Shown: piece after piece, positions 38,715 to 51,353 of the stretch
How positions within the stretch are numbered: the stretch's first letter is position 1
Layout of the letters: every line of letters starts with the position of its first letter
Source of the DNA: Laetmonice hystrix
Lineage: Eukaryota
Direction: 5' to 3'
Assembly (NCBI GenBank): GCA_965235115.1
Contig: OZ249436.1
Location: 51,586,001-51,646,000, forward strand
DNA: 60,000 nucleotides
Notes under the pieces: generated by a model
What the model saw: the letters and a program-made list of their open reading frames with translations, nothing else
Database searches by the model: none
Told to the model about the DNA's origin: nothing
Program-made: the position numbers and the translations under genes

Positions 38715-41700
38715 ATGGAGGCCCAGTTGCAGAAAGGAAGCGAAGTGCTGAGTGCCTTGTTGAAATCAAGAAGAGTCATTAAAGATGACACTCAACTAGA
38801 AAAATTTGTCGGATGGATGATTGGCCTAGCAGTCGACGAAGGTGGGTTTCACGTTTTCTATTCACATTCAGTTTGACAGTTTCATCGACAATGTCAGCCT
38901 TCTTCAATGGCACTATTGGCAGTGTATAATTTAGCCGGCAACGGCTGAATAAGGTTATTTTAGTTTGACTAATTACCAAATCCAAATAAATTGCTTGGGT
39001 TAGGGATCATAGCCATAGCCTCATACGTCATATCATGCCAAGCCTGAGGCCAATGCCAAGTTGAAGGTCTGACTGAATAATAATTAACGAGCTTTTTACT
39101 CTTTCACAGATGCTGTCAAGACTATTCTCACAGTTCCAGGCGTCACCGAATTCTTCAACCATGTTGGTTCGAAAGAAAGCACAGTGACTTTCCAGTCTCT
39201 GGTAGTTGGATTGAGACTTGCACCTCACTTTGCAGTCAGATCATTGGTGCCATGTTTGTCACCAGAGTCTGATAAAGTAGACGTAGCTTCAGAACCTGGC
39301 TCATTCCCAGTGTGGCTAGAAGGGTTGATGACAGAAGGCAAGCAGTCACAGCACTGGGAACAAGGCTCTGTGAGGCATGCATGGATATCTGGCATTCTCT
39401 TGTTGTGTGAGTCCAAGGCCGGCCTAAAGTGGGCATTAACAAAAGGTTTGTTTCTCAGGAGACTCATAATTTAATCTTTGTTTGATAACCATTTAGTCTG
39501 ATGTGCCATCAGATTGCTGAAATTTATTCTAGTAAAATCTAGCAAATAAGATTGCAGAGTATTTCAAATGCTAGCAAACCATAAAATCTTTCTGCATATA
39601 TTTAATACTTGGCTAAATCCATCTTAAAATAAAGGTTGAATCTTAAGAAGACAGCCAAGAGATCTATGACATTCATAACATTATGAAGGACACAATGTAC
39701 TTTTTCCCTTTTCAGATTACTTGGACAAAGCTGTTGAGTGCCTCCATGACCGCAGCATATTTGTATCATCAATTGTGCAGAAACTTATATGCTACATTTT
39801 ACCTCAACTTGCTTCAATTTCAAGTCACTCAACAGTGAATGGTTCTGTACCAGCTGACATGGACGAGGCTCTTCAGTTTGAGATGTCTTCTGACCTACAA
39901 CAGAGACTAAGAAAAGTCATAATAGAACCCCTCACTCACAGACCATGGAAATTCTCGAAGATTCTCGTTGTTCTTAAATTAATTGAAATGTCGTGCAAAG
40001 ATGAACAAGAAGAAAGCAAGACCTTTTTCTTAGACCACAAAATGGGAGTTTATGTCTTAAATTTGCTTCTAGAAGAAAGCATTTTGAGACAAAGTTCTGT
40101 CACACAACAAGGAATTCTTACTCTTACAGCATTATTGAAGATTAAGTAAGTGACATTTATAACAGAAGAATCTGATTGAATTCAAGCCTATAAAGATTTT
40201 TAACATTAAGATTTAAATTTTGAAGGCAAACCATCGAGAATTATAACAATGTCAAAGTAGGGAGCAGTGTTAAAATACCAGGGTGTAGTAGTTGTACACC
40301 TAACAATGTCAAAGTAGGGAGCAGTGTTAAAATACCAGGGTGTACTAGTTGTACACCTATAGTTGAATGGTTAGTAGATGTGTTTTTTAATGTGTAGCTA
40401 AGAAACGTTTTTATCCAGCCCAAAAGGTGATATCATGGACAGGACAAGAGAGTTACCTCTATCCATGCTGAGACGATCAGTTGTTCAGCCAGCCATGGCA
40501 CTCGCCTCAGAACTCATGCACAGGTAAGCATAAAGTATAATGCTTCTTTAATGAGAGTTTGCTGAATTACTCAAGATTGCAGCTTTAAAACAGCTAGCCC
40601 AAGTAATAAATACATAATGGTCATGGATAATGATGAAAATATGAGCACTATTACCTTTTCAAATTTCAGTGTAGACCAGGATAGTGTAGCTGTTTTTGAG
40701 GAAACAATAGCATTACCAGTGCTGATGGTTCTTGGGCGTCCATTATTATCTCTGGATGCTGATATCCCTGCTGTCGTACGCCCTCTCCTGGAGAGAAGCT
40801 GTACTGGTTGCAGTCTCATCCTTCAGTCTGTCCATTTCTTGTCCACAATGGTTTGTATTTAATGTGAAATTGTGTAGATAATGTCAGAACCCCAGGATGA
40901 CTAGATCTTTAAACTCTGTAATTTCCAAGATGCATCTTTCAATATTAGCAGAATTTTCTCAACTTTTTAACATTTTTCAATGGAGGTAGCATGGTAATTG
41001 TTTCAGGATGTGTCACGGAGGTCAAAGTATCTGCCATTGATCCGTGACCTTTTGGACATGACACTTGGACAACGTGAGATACAACTGGCTAGATACATCC
41101 ACAACTCTGAAAGGCTGCAGCTTTCCCTTGTTAACTTCACCTTACAATTCATGAAGACAGGTGCCGTATTTGGCCAGTTTAACTTCTTTTGTTAGGTCTT
41201 GGAGTCACTTCAAAACATAACAGAGGGAGATATCTATCTGCATGCTAAATAACTGAGAACTTTAAACTGAGGCAGTATCAGTCTATTATTCAAAGTTCTG
41301 TTGTTAACACTGCATGGATCCGATGCCATATTTCCTCTCAACTGTTGATGGAGGACTCTTTGATCTCTGAGTGATTTCTTGTGGACTCTGTATTAATGCT
41401 ATATTTTCTTTTCTCCATGTACTCAGTGATTATTGGTGAATATTTCAGACGAATCCTTGGGCCAGCTCCCAACCACAGAATACCTGTTAATTCTCCAGCA
41501 GATGCTACAGCTGCTGAACATTCCAGGACTGGCAGCCACGGTAAGCAGCTCTGACCCGCAGGGCCATATCAGGACATTTTAAAAAATGAGTTGCAAATTT
41601 CTAAAATCACTCAGTTCTGTATTTGTAAAATTCCAAAATTTAGGCATTTATGAAACAATACGTAAAATAATGTAATTTTGAGATTGTATAGTGTGAAAGT

Positions 41701-43204
41701 ATTGTACTTGCCAGCTGACATTGAAGACGTTCCACTGCATCCTCTGTTGCCTAACACACTTGACCACACCACCAGCAGTGGACAGGCTGACAGATGGTGA
41801 ACACGTCGCACTGCAGACAGGTCTGGAGCAGCTGGCAGAACACTTAAAACAGAGTCTGTGTGACGTCAGATGGGAGGTCAGGGACTCTGCTCTGGAGATC
41901 ATAGCACAAATGTTTCAATGCTTCTCAGGTAATAATGTCTGGCAGAAATGGTGCTGGTGGCCTGTATTTTATTTCATTATTGAAATCCAGCTTTATTCAC
42001 GTAGATTTGTTTTCCAACTAGAAATCACAATATGCTGGTTTTTTTTTGTTCAGTGATTGAAAACATCTAAGTGATCATTCTTACTTGGCCAGATAACAGC
42101 GTTATGAAGGAGTGGTTGCAGAGATCGAGAATGAGTTGTCACGTGTGGCAGAGTGTTGAGGATGGACAGAGTTATGTTCGAGCCACAGCCATCACGGCTT
42201 TGGGAAATATCTCCCGCCAAACACAACTGTGGCAACAACTACTTCAAGACCATCCTCAAGTAAGGACATCTGGTAATACGGAGCAGGAATATATGTTAGC
42301 TTGACCTTTAAGGGGCAGACTACCTAGGGGACGAGGGTGCTATGATTTTTCTTTCTCAACAAGCTTTTTTTGTTTCTGAATACCAAGCAACTTTTTCCTG
42401 TCTGTATTTATTTTAAAGATGTCACAACAGACTTTTTCTGCACCATCTGGTAAACAACTTATTCATGGTTGCCTTGTCTTGCTACAGGAGAAGATTGCAA
42501 AGAAAGTGATAGAGATTCTCGAGGCAGACACCGAGGCCTTCCCTCGCCGAGGAGCTATTCGACTCCTGACTCGCTGGCTGTGGGCAGACTCAGTGAGGGA
42601 CCACATAAAGACCATCCAATCAGCTGTCAATGCTGCCATCCACGATCTTGATTGGGAGGTCAAACTGTCAGTGCTCCAGTACTGGCAGCAGGTCCTTGGT
42701 CATAAGCTAACACATTGTACCAGGGACGTGCCTGCGTATGCTGCGGATCTGTCTATCACCAACAACTCCAGGGTCGATGCTCTCAAACACTACCTGTCAA
42801 CCCTCGACCAGGTTTGTGACATGGGTGGCCTCAACTGTCTGCTAGTTGGTATCAGCGACTATGACCAGAGTGTCCGACACAAGGCAGCCACTATTCTGGT
42901 GCAGGTCAAGTCCACATATGATCAGGCAAAGTTGGTTAGTAACCAGAGCTCAGAACCACCTAGAAAACAGCACTGCCCTGGTTTGTCTGAAAACTCTATT
43001 CTGGACAATGGGAATGACCAAGGTGGATCAAATCCAACCACCAAACAATTTCTATGTTTTCTCGAGGCTGAGAATTTTGATACATTAGTAGCAGAGACCT
43101 CGGAGAGTATAGATGACTATGTTAGAAATCCAATGTCACTTTTAGATGATATTTTAATATCACTGGTCAAGGACGACGACGAAAATGCAGTGGACTGCTA
43201 TTGA
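38715..43204 (+). CDS. BRAT1: BRCA1-associated ATM activator 1 homolog (ARM/HEAT), ~840 aa
   Basis: Exons 38715-38841, 39110-39445, 39716-40145, 40419-40523, 40670-40850, 41007-41160, 41449-41540, 41715-41928, 42093-42259, 42488-43204; total 2523 nt. Motifs DDTQLEK, D.SIFVSS, WEVRDSALE, D..SYVRA, DTEAFPRR, DLDWEVK, DYDQSV and the diagnostic C-terminal DCY. Confidence 0.93.
40244..40357. repeat. 57-bp tandem duplication in a BRAT1 intron
   Basis: TAACAATGTCAAAGTAGGGAGCAGTGTTAAAATACCAGGGTGTA.TAGTTGTACACC x2. Confidence 0.9.
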
Positions 43205-44179
43205 AACAGAGAGTCATTGATCATTTTGTTTATTTTATTGTTGAAAAAAAATTGTACAATGAGTGACAACAAAAGATAAGGCACAGCAAAGGCCAGTCCT
43301 TGGTTCAAGCTTGTGATTCTACAATAAAACCTCTTACTATACAAGAAATATTCTTCATCTTTTTCTCATGATTTGGTTAGTGTGAATTCATACTATTTTA
43401 CATCAGAATCGAAAAAAGCCAAACTATTCTCTAAGAAAAACCGGTCCAGAAAAACCAAGCAAACTGCATACTCTGTTCCCCACCACTCTGGGGAGGTGGC
43501 TAGTCCTTCACTTTATTGGTCGTGAGAGGGCGCCACTGGAGGGTACCTTTCATTTTATTTTTGATCGCAGCGCCACGCAGTGGTTATGTGGTTAACTGCA
43601 TTTCTGCCAGAATAATATATTTTATATTCACATTCAAAGTGTATTATATGATCTAAACTATGACATTAAATGAAAGAAAACATAATCAAATTAATTAAAA
43701 GATGATAAAAGATTATAATTTTACGTTCTTAAAAGAGAAATTAGCTGGAAACAATGCATTTTTTAATAGAAATTATGGAATTCATTCAATTTCCTTGGCG
43801 ATACCTTAAGCTTAACCGCGCGAGCATGTTTTGATGTTGTAGGGCCGTAACAGAGGTAATGACAACATCGAACGTTTATTCACTGGTCTGCGCATGTAAA
43901 TGAAATGCGGTGTAATATCCGCAGGTTGTTTTAGAGTCCAAGGACCTCCGCACCCATTTCTTTTAATGTTAGAGGTCTTCCTACAGTGAGAAAGTTTCGC
44001 TTTTATTGAGTATTGTAACTCGGTTGTGGCTGTGGCCTGTGCCGTCGACGACGTGGACCAGGCAATACACATAATTTATAGTAAGAAGACACTTAGACAG
44101 TGACCCATTGACGCTGTCAGCGGTAGATGCTCAGTTGAAGAATCACAGGATAGGCAAAGAAAGAATAAAGAGGGTGAAG

Positions 44180-47100
44180 ATGCCGCCGAAATTGACGCCA
44201 AAATTTACAGAAGGTGAGTTAACTTGGTGTACAAATAATGCCAATGGAGATCTAGCCTAGATCTAAAACTTTTATTTTTCCTTAAAATATTGCAAAGAAT
44301 TTTCTTGGAAAAAATCTGATGAGGCAGGGAGGGAATATTTTTTTTTTGGGGGGGGGGGGGATTTTCCCCTGCTGGAAGAGATAACGATGGCGGCCACTCG
44401 TCAGTGTGTAAAATCCTGTCTTAAAATTAGAAATGGAAGATGTTCAAAAGGTTTTTCTAACCACAAGGTTTTGACTTTGAGTCATCTGGCTGGATTCTTC
44501 ACAACAAACAATTTTTTAAGGCCCAAAGGACTAGTACCCCTTGTCTTTATACTCGCCCGGACATTGTTTGCACTCAACTAGGAGAGCGAGCGAGTGGATC
44601 TTGTGCCCCCTGATAGACAGAGCAAAAGATGAGAGTCATTACTTTTTGTTGGTACTGTCTGTAGCATTTTTGTGGAGATTCTGAAAATGTGTAAAAAATA
44701 AACTAGACAACAGCAGGCCTTGTCCTTTGAAAAGGCCAGGTGAGCAAATAATTACTCGCCTAAACTTTAGTTTGAACTTTGAACCTCTAGGCGATTATCC
44801 AGGGCCACTTGCGGAAAAAAACTGTGATATTGAGGTGAGCAGACCTGTATGCTGTGGATTTATGTAAATTTGTGCCTTTAAATATTGAAGAATGTTTTTC
44901 ACTGCAGGAGAGAGAGTCCTGTGTTTTCATGGTCCCCTACTTTATGAAGCCAAAGTGAGTTCCATATATAATTTTCTTTGTCTTATCAGTGAAATAAATT
45001 GCCCCAAAGGCTATTGTACAACATTTATTCTTTTGATATAAATCCTGGGGTTTAATTGCAGAGATTAAAATATCAGCAAAGGTAAATTTTGCAAGGTAAT
45101 GTTTTTGCCATTGTTTCAATTTATAATGTGAATTTGCCAAAATGTTGACATTGAACAGGTGGAGAGCGTGTTTTCCATAAAATTGCATAAGATTCATATG
45201 ATGTTCCAAGTATTTAAAAAAAACATTGATTAACTCCAGGCAACCAAACATGAAATCAAGGAGAAAACTATTCGTTACTTCATACATTACAACGGATGGA
45301 ACAAAAGGTAAGAGTGACTGAACACTTACAACAGGCTTCTCATATCATGGAATCATAACCTATAGGAACTCTTGGACCTAGGATGTGTACACAATGTTTC
45401 CAGATAGGACCCACTTTTGTCAGAGACCAGGTAGCAAAAAATATTGAAGAAAATTAATTTTATGAATGGTGACAATGAGTAGTGCTTGGGCATCAGTACT
45501 GACCAGTTTAGTTTTTTTTTTGTGTTGCAGCTGGGATGAATGGGTACCAGAAAGCAGGGTGCTGAAATACAGTGAAGCAGGATTACAAAAACAGAGAGAG
45601 CTGCAAAAGGCTCATGCGTAAGTGATGAGGAAAAGCAGTCTTTGTCGTAGAATAAAATCTTTTAGAAAAAAGCTCATTGAAAATGGTTTTAGAGTAAAAA
45701 TTATAACATCATGGAAAAATATTGTGGGTTATTTTCAAATTAAAAGGTATCATAATAAAAGTTACATCAATGGGTCTCTCTTTTAAAAAAAAAAACATGG
45801 CTAACTGTATGCAACAGGGTTACCGTAATGAAATTTGAAATATGTTCCAACTTAGCAAAACAAAGGCTGGAGCTGGAATGAAGTTCAAAGGAAAGAAGCC
45901 AGATGCTGACAAGGACAAAGATAAGGATAAGGATAAAGACAAGGACAGAAGTGACAGAGAGAAAGACAGGGATAAGGATAGAACAAGAGAGAAGGACAGG
46001 TCTTCGACGCCATCTGTTGAGAAACCTCAAAAACATAAATCAAGAGACAACAGTAAGCTTGAAGCTTTCTTTTATTTTCTGAAAAAAGGTCTTTTTTGGG
46101 GGTATATATTAACAAATCTTTTCTAGCTGGATAATATTTAAAAAACGGAGATAAAGAAATTTTATGTACATTGAACAGAATCGTAGTTTCTTTCAGATGG
46201 CATTGGCCCCAATTATTTTTTTCTGACTTTTTGCTTCAGGTGCCCCTGGTTCCACAACCAGCCAAGACTCAGGGTCTACTTCTGAACCACCAAAAAAGAA
46301 GAGAGCTCGTGTTGACCCTACAGTGGAATCAGTAAGTCTGAAACCAGTTATTTTGAACTGCGCATCGTTTTTGTTGTGATATAGAATTCACTGGCATATA
46401 TTTTTACCGCAAGGTGTAGATAGAACCAGCAAGATCCAGACAAACAATAAATGGCTAGCATGCCCCATGCTGGGAAATAAATCATCATGTTGCCCTGACA
46501 TTTTTTTTTTTGGCACTACTATCTCTGTGACTAGTAAATCTACAGTATTCAAACAAACACGATTCTAGACCTTAGACTCAGATCTACATAATCCCCCCCC
46601 CCCCCCTGGGAATTACGGCCCTGCTTTCATTTTGAAGAACAAAACTGCAATACGTGTTCGATTTGCTGAGGAACCCTATAGCTAGCACACCTGGTGTCAA
46701 AATTAGGAGTGCAATGAGGTGCATGCACGGTCGCTCTACATAAAAGCGAATGTCTGTGTAGCAGTACATGAAGGAAAGAGGTTTGTATAGAAAGTATGTT
46801 AATTTATTCCAGGAGGAAACATTTCTGACAAAGATTGAGGTGAAGGTAAAGATACCAGATGACCTGAAGCCATGGTTAGTGGATGATTGGGACCTTGTTA
46901 CAAGACAGAAACAGGTGTGTGTGTGACCTTCTTGGGTTTTGAGCGGAGCCATCAACAATAACAGACATACTGTAACAGTTCCAATATTAATGATATTTTG
47001 GTATACAAATAGGAGATCACGACCAGGAGTGTTCGTGAAGTGTTCAGTGTTCTTGCTTCTTCATTTGGTTTTGTTTGAGAGCTTAGACGGACAAGAAACT

Positions 47101-50100
47101 TGTGATTAAATTGATTGCTTAATGGGCAATAACAGAAGCAAAATATATTACTCAGTATACCAGAATTGTTGTCATTGATGGTCATATTGATATTGATGCC
47201 TTCTGAATCAGGCTGTTGTAATATTAGAAATGTTTTACTGATCTAGGATATATCCAAAATCAAAGTGTAAGCAAATTAACTCTTTTTTTGTTTTTTGTTT
47301 CAAAGTTTAAAGTTATCTTTCCTGTTGCAGCTTTTGACGCTGCCCTGTAAGATGACTGTGGAGCACATCCTTGATGAGTACTGTAAGGCCAAACTGACAA
47401 AACCCAACAACCCAAACAAGTGAGAGGATGTTTTAGCTTGCTCCCTCATAGAAACATGTTATGTATCATTCTACCGTGAAGCTCCAAGGAGACCTAGAAT
47501 AATGATTGTGAATTATGTCATGGGGTATCTACAATATTAACCAGATGTGGGAATGTGGTAAACTCCTCAAGTATGTAGTGATTTTAATGTATGGCGTTTC
47601 CAAGCTGACCTAGAATGAGAATGTTGACTGAGCTGAGATGGTTGGTGTTGACAGGGATGCCATCCTGGAGGTTACCCAAGGGGTCAGGGAGTACTTCAAC
47701 TGCATGCTGGGGACACAACTTCTCTACAAGTTTGAACGACCACAATATGCTGAGGTAACCGACCCTGTTAGTCATGTCCTTTATCATGCATGAGGAATTG
47801 TCGCACTGAGTTGCAATATTAAAGCTTGCAGTAGCGTCATAGGCAGACACTAGCCACATTTAACAGAAGTTGCAGTATTTTAGTTTTGTTTTAAAGTCTA
47901 ATATTTGCTTGCTTTCATTCAAGTACATGTAATGTTATATTTAAAGGATATTGTGCAAAATTGGAAGGACATTTTTATATAAAATGATAGTACCCATGTC
48001 TAAGGGATTATTCTGGATTTCCCCTTTCTATTGTTTCGCAGGTACTTGCTGACTATCCAGATACACCGATGTCCAGTATATATGGGGCTGTTCACCTGCT
48101 ACGTTTGTTTGGTAAGTCAAACTATGAAATTGGCATGGGTCTCAGCATGCAAGAGGGTAAAGATTAACAGATACATAATTCTTTATTACCCCAAAACACT
48201 AAAATTATCAACCTATTTGATACATACTAGTGCACTTGTAAATTATACCACACCTAGTTTACCCCATCATTATTGCTGTTGTTTTTCAGTTAAACTAGGC
48301 GGTATGCTGGCATACACACCTTTGGATGAAAAGAGTATACAGTTGTTACTGACACATATACACGACTTCCTAAAGTAAGTACTGTTTCATAATTACTGGA
48401 CAAAATACTTTATTTGATACCTGAAACCAAGTGAATGTATGAAAGTTGTTATCTTTTAGTGAAGAAAATATTCAATCTGGAAAAACCTAGATACGGATTT
48501 GTAAAATATGAAATGTCTAAAGGGCGCGGTCCACTGTCCCGATCATCGGGCCCGATCTCGACCTACGATCTGATCGGGGGCGATCGTTTGTTACCCCCGA
48601 TCGATCGTTATAGTGGACGTAAGGATCGTTCCCGATGTAAGATGATCGGATCCGATGATTTCACAGGCCCGATCGCTTTAACACGGTTTAATGTGGTCGG
48701 GGCCGATCCTGCAATCGGGCCCGATCGATGGTAGACTAGGCCTATAGGCCTACGTCGCTGGCTCAGTGGTCTGACGTACGGCAGGCCCGTAGCCATTTTT
48801 TTTGGGGAGGGGGGGAGGGGGGTGCGTATCAGGGGCGGATCTAGGATCTATATTCAGGGGGGGGGTCCTAGGGGGGTCCAGCATAAAAAGGGCCAATCGA
48901 GGGCGGGGGGTCCGTTGTAAAAACAAAAGGCATTTTGGTTATAAAAAATTAAATTTGGCAAATTTCAGGGGGGGGGGGTGGGGGGTCCGGACCATTCGGG
49001 ACTCCCTCGGGCATATGACGTCACTTCCTGCTATTCGAATATACCTACTTTCGAAGATATGGCCGAGGGAATCCCGAATGGGTCCGGACGTCGCCGACAC
49101 CCCCCCCCCCTGGATCCGCCACTGCGTATTATGGAGAAGAAGGGGTATTTTTGCCATCGGTTTTCTCTGTCTAGGTGGCCTAATTTGGGCGGTAAAGGTG
49201 CTTACCAACGTCGCCAAAACAATGGGGAAGGGAGGGAGCAAGAGGTTCGCAAACGGAAACCAAGGCCCTCTTCGCGGCATATGCCTGCAGAGGGCCTTGA
49301 TGATCAAGGCTGAATCATAGCCTACCCAGCTTCGAACTTTCTAAGTAGGGCAGTCAGGGGCGGATTCAGGACTTTTGGGAAGCCCCCCCCCCCCCCCCGA
49401 TGCGAGCGCCGAAGACGCGAAGCATTGAGTGGGGGAGAGGGGTCTGAAAAAAAAATGAAAATTAAAGTGCCGCGTTTCCCTGGAATCTGAGAACGAAATG
49501 CAAGGTGTTATCTTAGTTAGGCCGAGGGCCTATAGCTGAAATAAGTTTTTTAATGAACAGGGGAGCGTGCTGTCACCCCCCTCCCGCTAAATGCGCCCGG
49601 TAAAAATCTGTTGAAGACGTTTTTTGCACGTAATAGAACATGCAAGCAGCATTTATCTTATATGTATTTATATGAGGATCAGTGGCCGATCCAGTGGGTG
49701 GTGAAGGGGTTGCAAGCCCCCCCCCCATGACGTAAGGTTCAAACCAAGCATAGAGTCTACACCCCTTCTTGGCAGTCACAACCCCCCCCCCCCCCCCCCC
49801 CCAATTTGGAGCCAACCTGGATCCGTCCCTGCATGGGATTTGAAATACTCTGCAACCCTAACGACTGAGGAGGCCCGTTGGAGGGCCAAAGGGGGGCCGA
49901 CAGGAAGCCCGGCGTCGGGGGTCGGAGGGAAGGTGAACATGCAGCGCAAACATACACAGGGGTCTCGGGGACCTCCCCCAGAAAATTTTTGATTTTAGAA
50001 GGCAATCCCCCTGGTATTTTCTGGCATTTGGAGATATATAAATCGTAAAGTTTCTCACAACATTTCGGCCTATAGCTAGCAGGGGCGGATCCAGCTTTTT

Positions 50101-51353
50101 CAAGTAGGGGGGGGGTTCTAGGGGCGCAGGCGCGACTGTACGACCGCCGAAGTCGCAAAGTCTGCGAGCGGCGATGGCGCGAATCCTTGCCAGAGGGGTC
50201 CGGGGGCATACCCCCCGGAAAATGTTGAAATTCAAGGTGTAATTTGGTAAAATCTGATGCATTTTGGAGCACAAAATAAGCTCTTCAATGACCAGTGTCC
50301 GAATTCATGATCGGCAGGAAGGGCGGCATGAAATTTTAGGGGGGGGGGGGGCAATAACATGTGCAGTGAGACCCCAGAAAATTATTTTATTCAGAAGGCC
50401 AAAAAAACCGCGATTTCCTGGCATCTGGGGATAGAATTTTTGAAGTTCCTCAAAGCATAATTTAGAGGTCTGAGCCTAGCTTACTCTACATTGTTAAATT
50501 TAGAAGGCATAAAAATGCTATTCCTGGCATCGGGAGATTTTGAACTTTTCATAGGGGGGACTATGGGTCGGGGGGTTATTCGAACACCCCAAACACCCCC
50601 TGGTTACGGGCCTGACTGTCAGGGGGGATCAGATCCTCCTCTCAGGGGGGAATATGGGTCCAGGGGGTGGTTCGTTCGAACACCCCGAACACCCTGTACG
50701 GGTCTGCTATCACGTACTATAGGAGGCTTTTTAAAAGCATTTTGTTGTAATCCTGGTTTCATGGTCCGAATAATGCATCGTCATAAAAAAGGGGGAGGGA
50801 AAGGAAAATTTAAGGGGGGCCGGGCCCCTTGACCACCCTGGATCCCCCAGTGAACTATGATCATATTTATCATATATTTTAGGCCTTTACTGCCATGGCT
50901 TTAGAATAGGCAATATGTTTTTGGCCGATGGTTAGCCCCCCTAAAATATTCCCGGATCCGCCCATGAATTGGTACCGATTTCAATTGGTCGGTACCGATC
51001 ACTCGGGACAATGGACGTTAGGATCGGTTTCAAGTAATCGGGTACGATTTGGGGGCCGATCCTTGCAGTGATCGGTGCCGATCCGATCGGGCATGATCGG
51101 GACAGTGGACCGCGCCCTTAACTCTGATTAAAGGGTTGAATCAGAAGATGTTTTTGTATGTTGGAATGTATGTCAAAAAGTGCTCCAATGCCGACACAAA
51201 TAGCTACCGTAGATTGATTGTAAATGGTGAAATGAGGAACTAACCAATTCGTTTGCTGTCACTTACAGGTACCTGCAGAGGAACAGCTCCAACTTATTCT
51301 CTGTCACTGATTACATGGTTGCCCCTCCGGAGTACCATAGGAAGGCCATCTGA
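44180..51353 (+). CDS. MORF4L1: MRG15 / mortality factor 4-like 1 (chromodomain + MRG domain), ~351 aa
   Basis: Exons 44180-44213, 44908-44954, 45240-45307, 45531-45617, 45856-46052, 46240-46331, 46813-46914, 47331-47419, 47655-47754, 48042-48111, 48290-48374, 51269-51353; total 1056 nt. Motifs [82 protein letters not shown]. Confidence 0.97.
48521..51118. mobile_element. PIF/Harbinger-type non-autonomous element (2.6 kb) with nested repeats, in the last MRG15 intron
   Basis: Perfect 26-bp TIR AGGGCGCGGTCCACTGTCCCGATCAT / ATGATCGGGACAGTGGACCGCGCCCT. TAA duplication at 48518-20 and 51119-21. GATCG-rich subterminal repeats; no transposase ORF. Confidence 0.88.
48830..49124. mobile_element. GGATCC-family MITE nested in the Harbinger element, 5-bp TSD CGTAT
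   Basis: CAGGGGCGGATCTAGG...CCTGGATCCGCCACTG ends; CGTAT at 48825-29 and 49125-29. Confidence 0.78.

Noticed and set aside
48435..50832. 100-170 aa ORFs inside the MRG15 intron
   Set aside because: They fall in GC-rich nested MITEs and show no transposase or other domain motifs.
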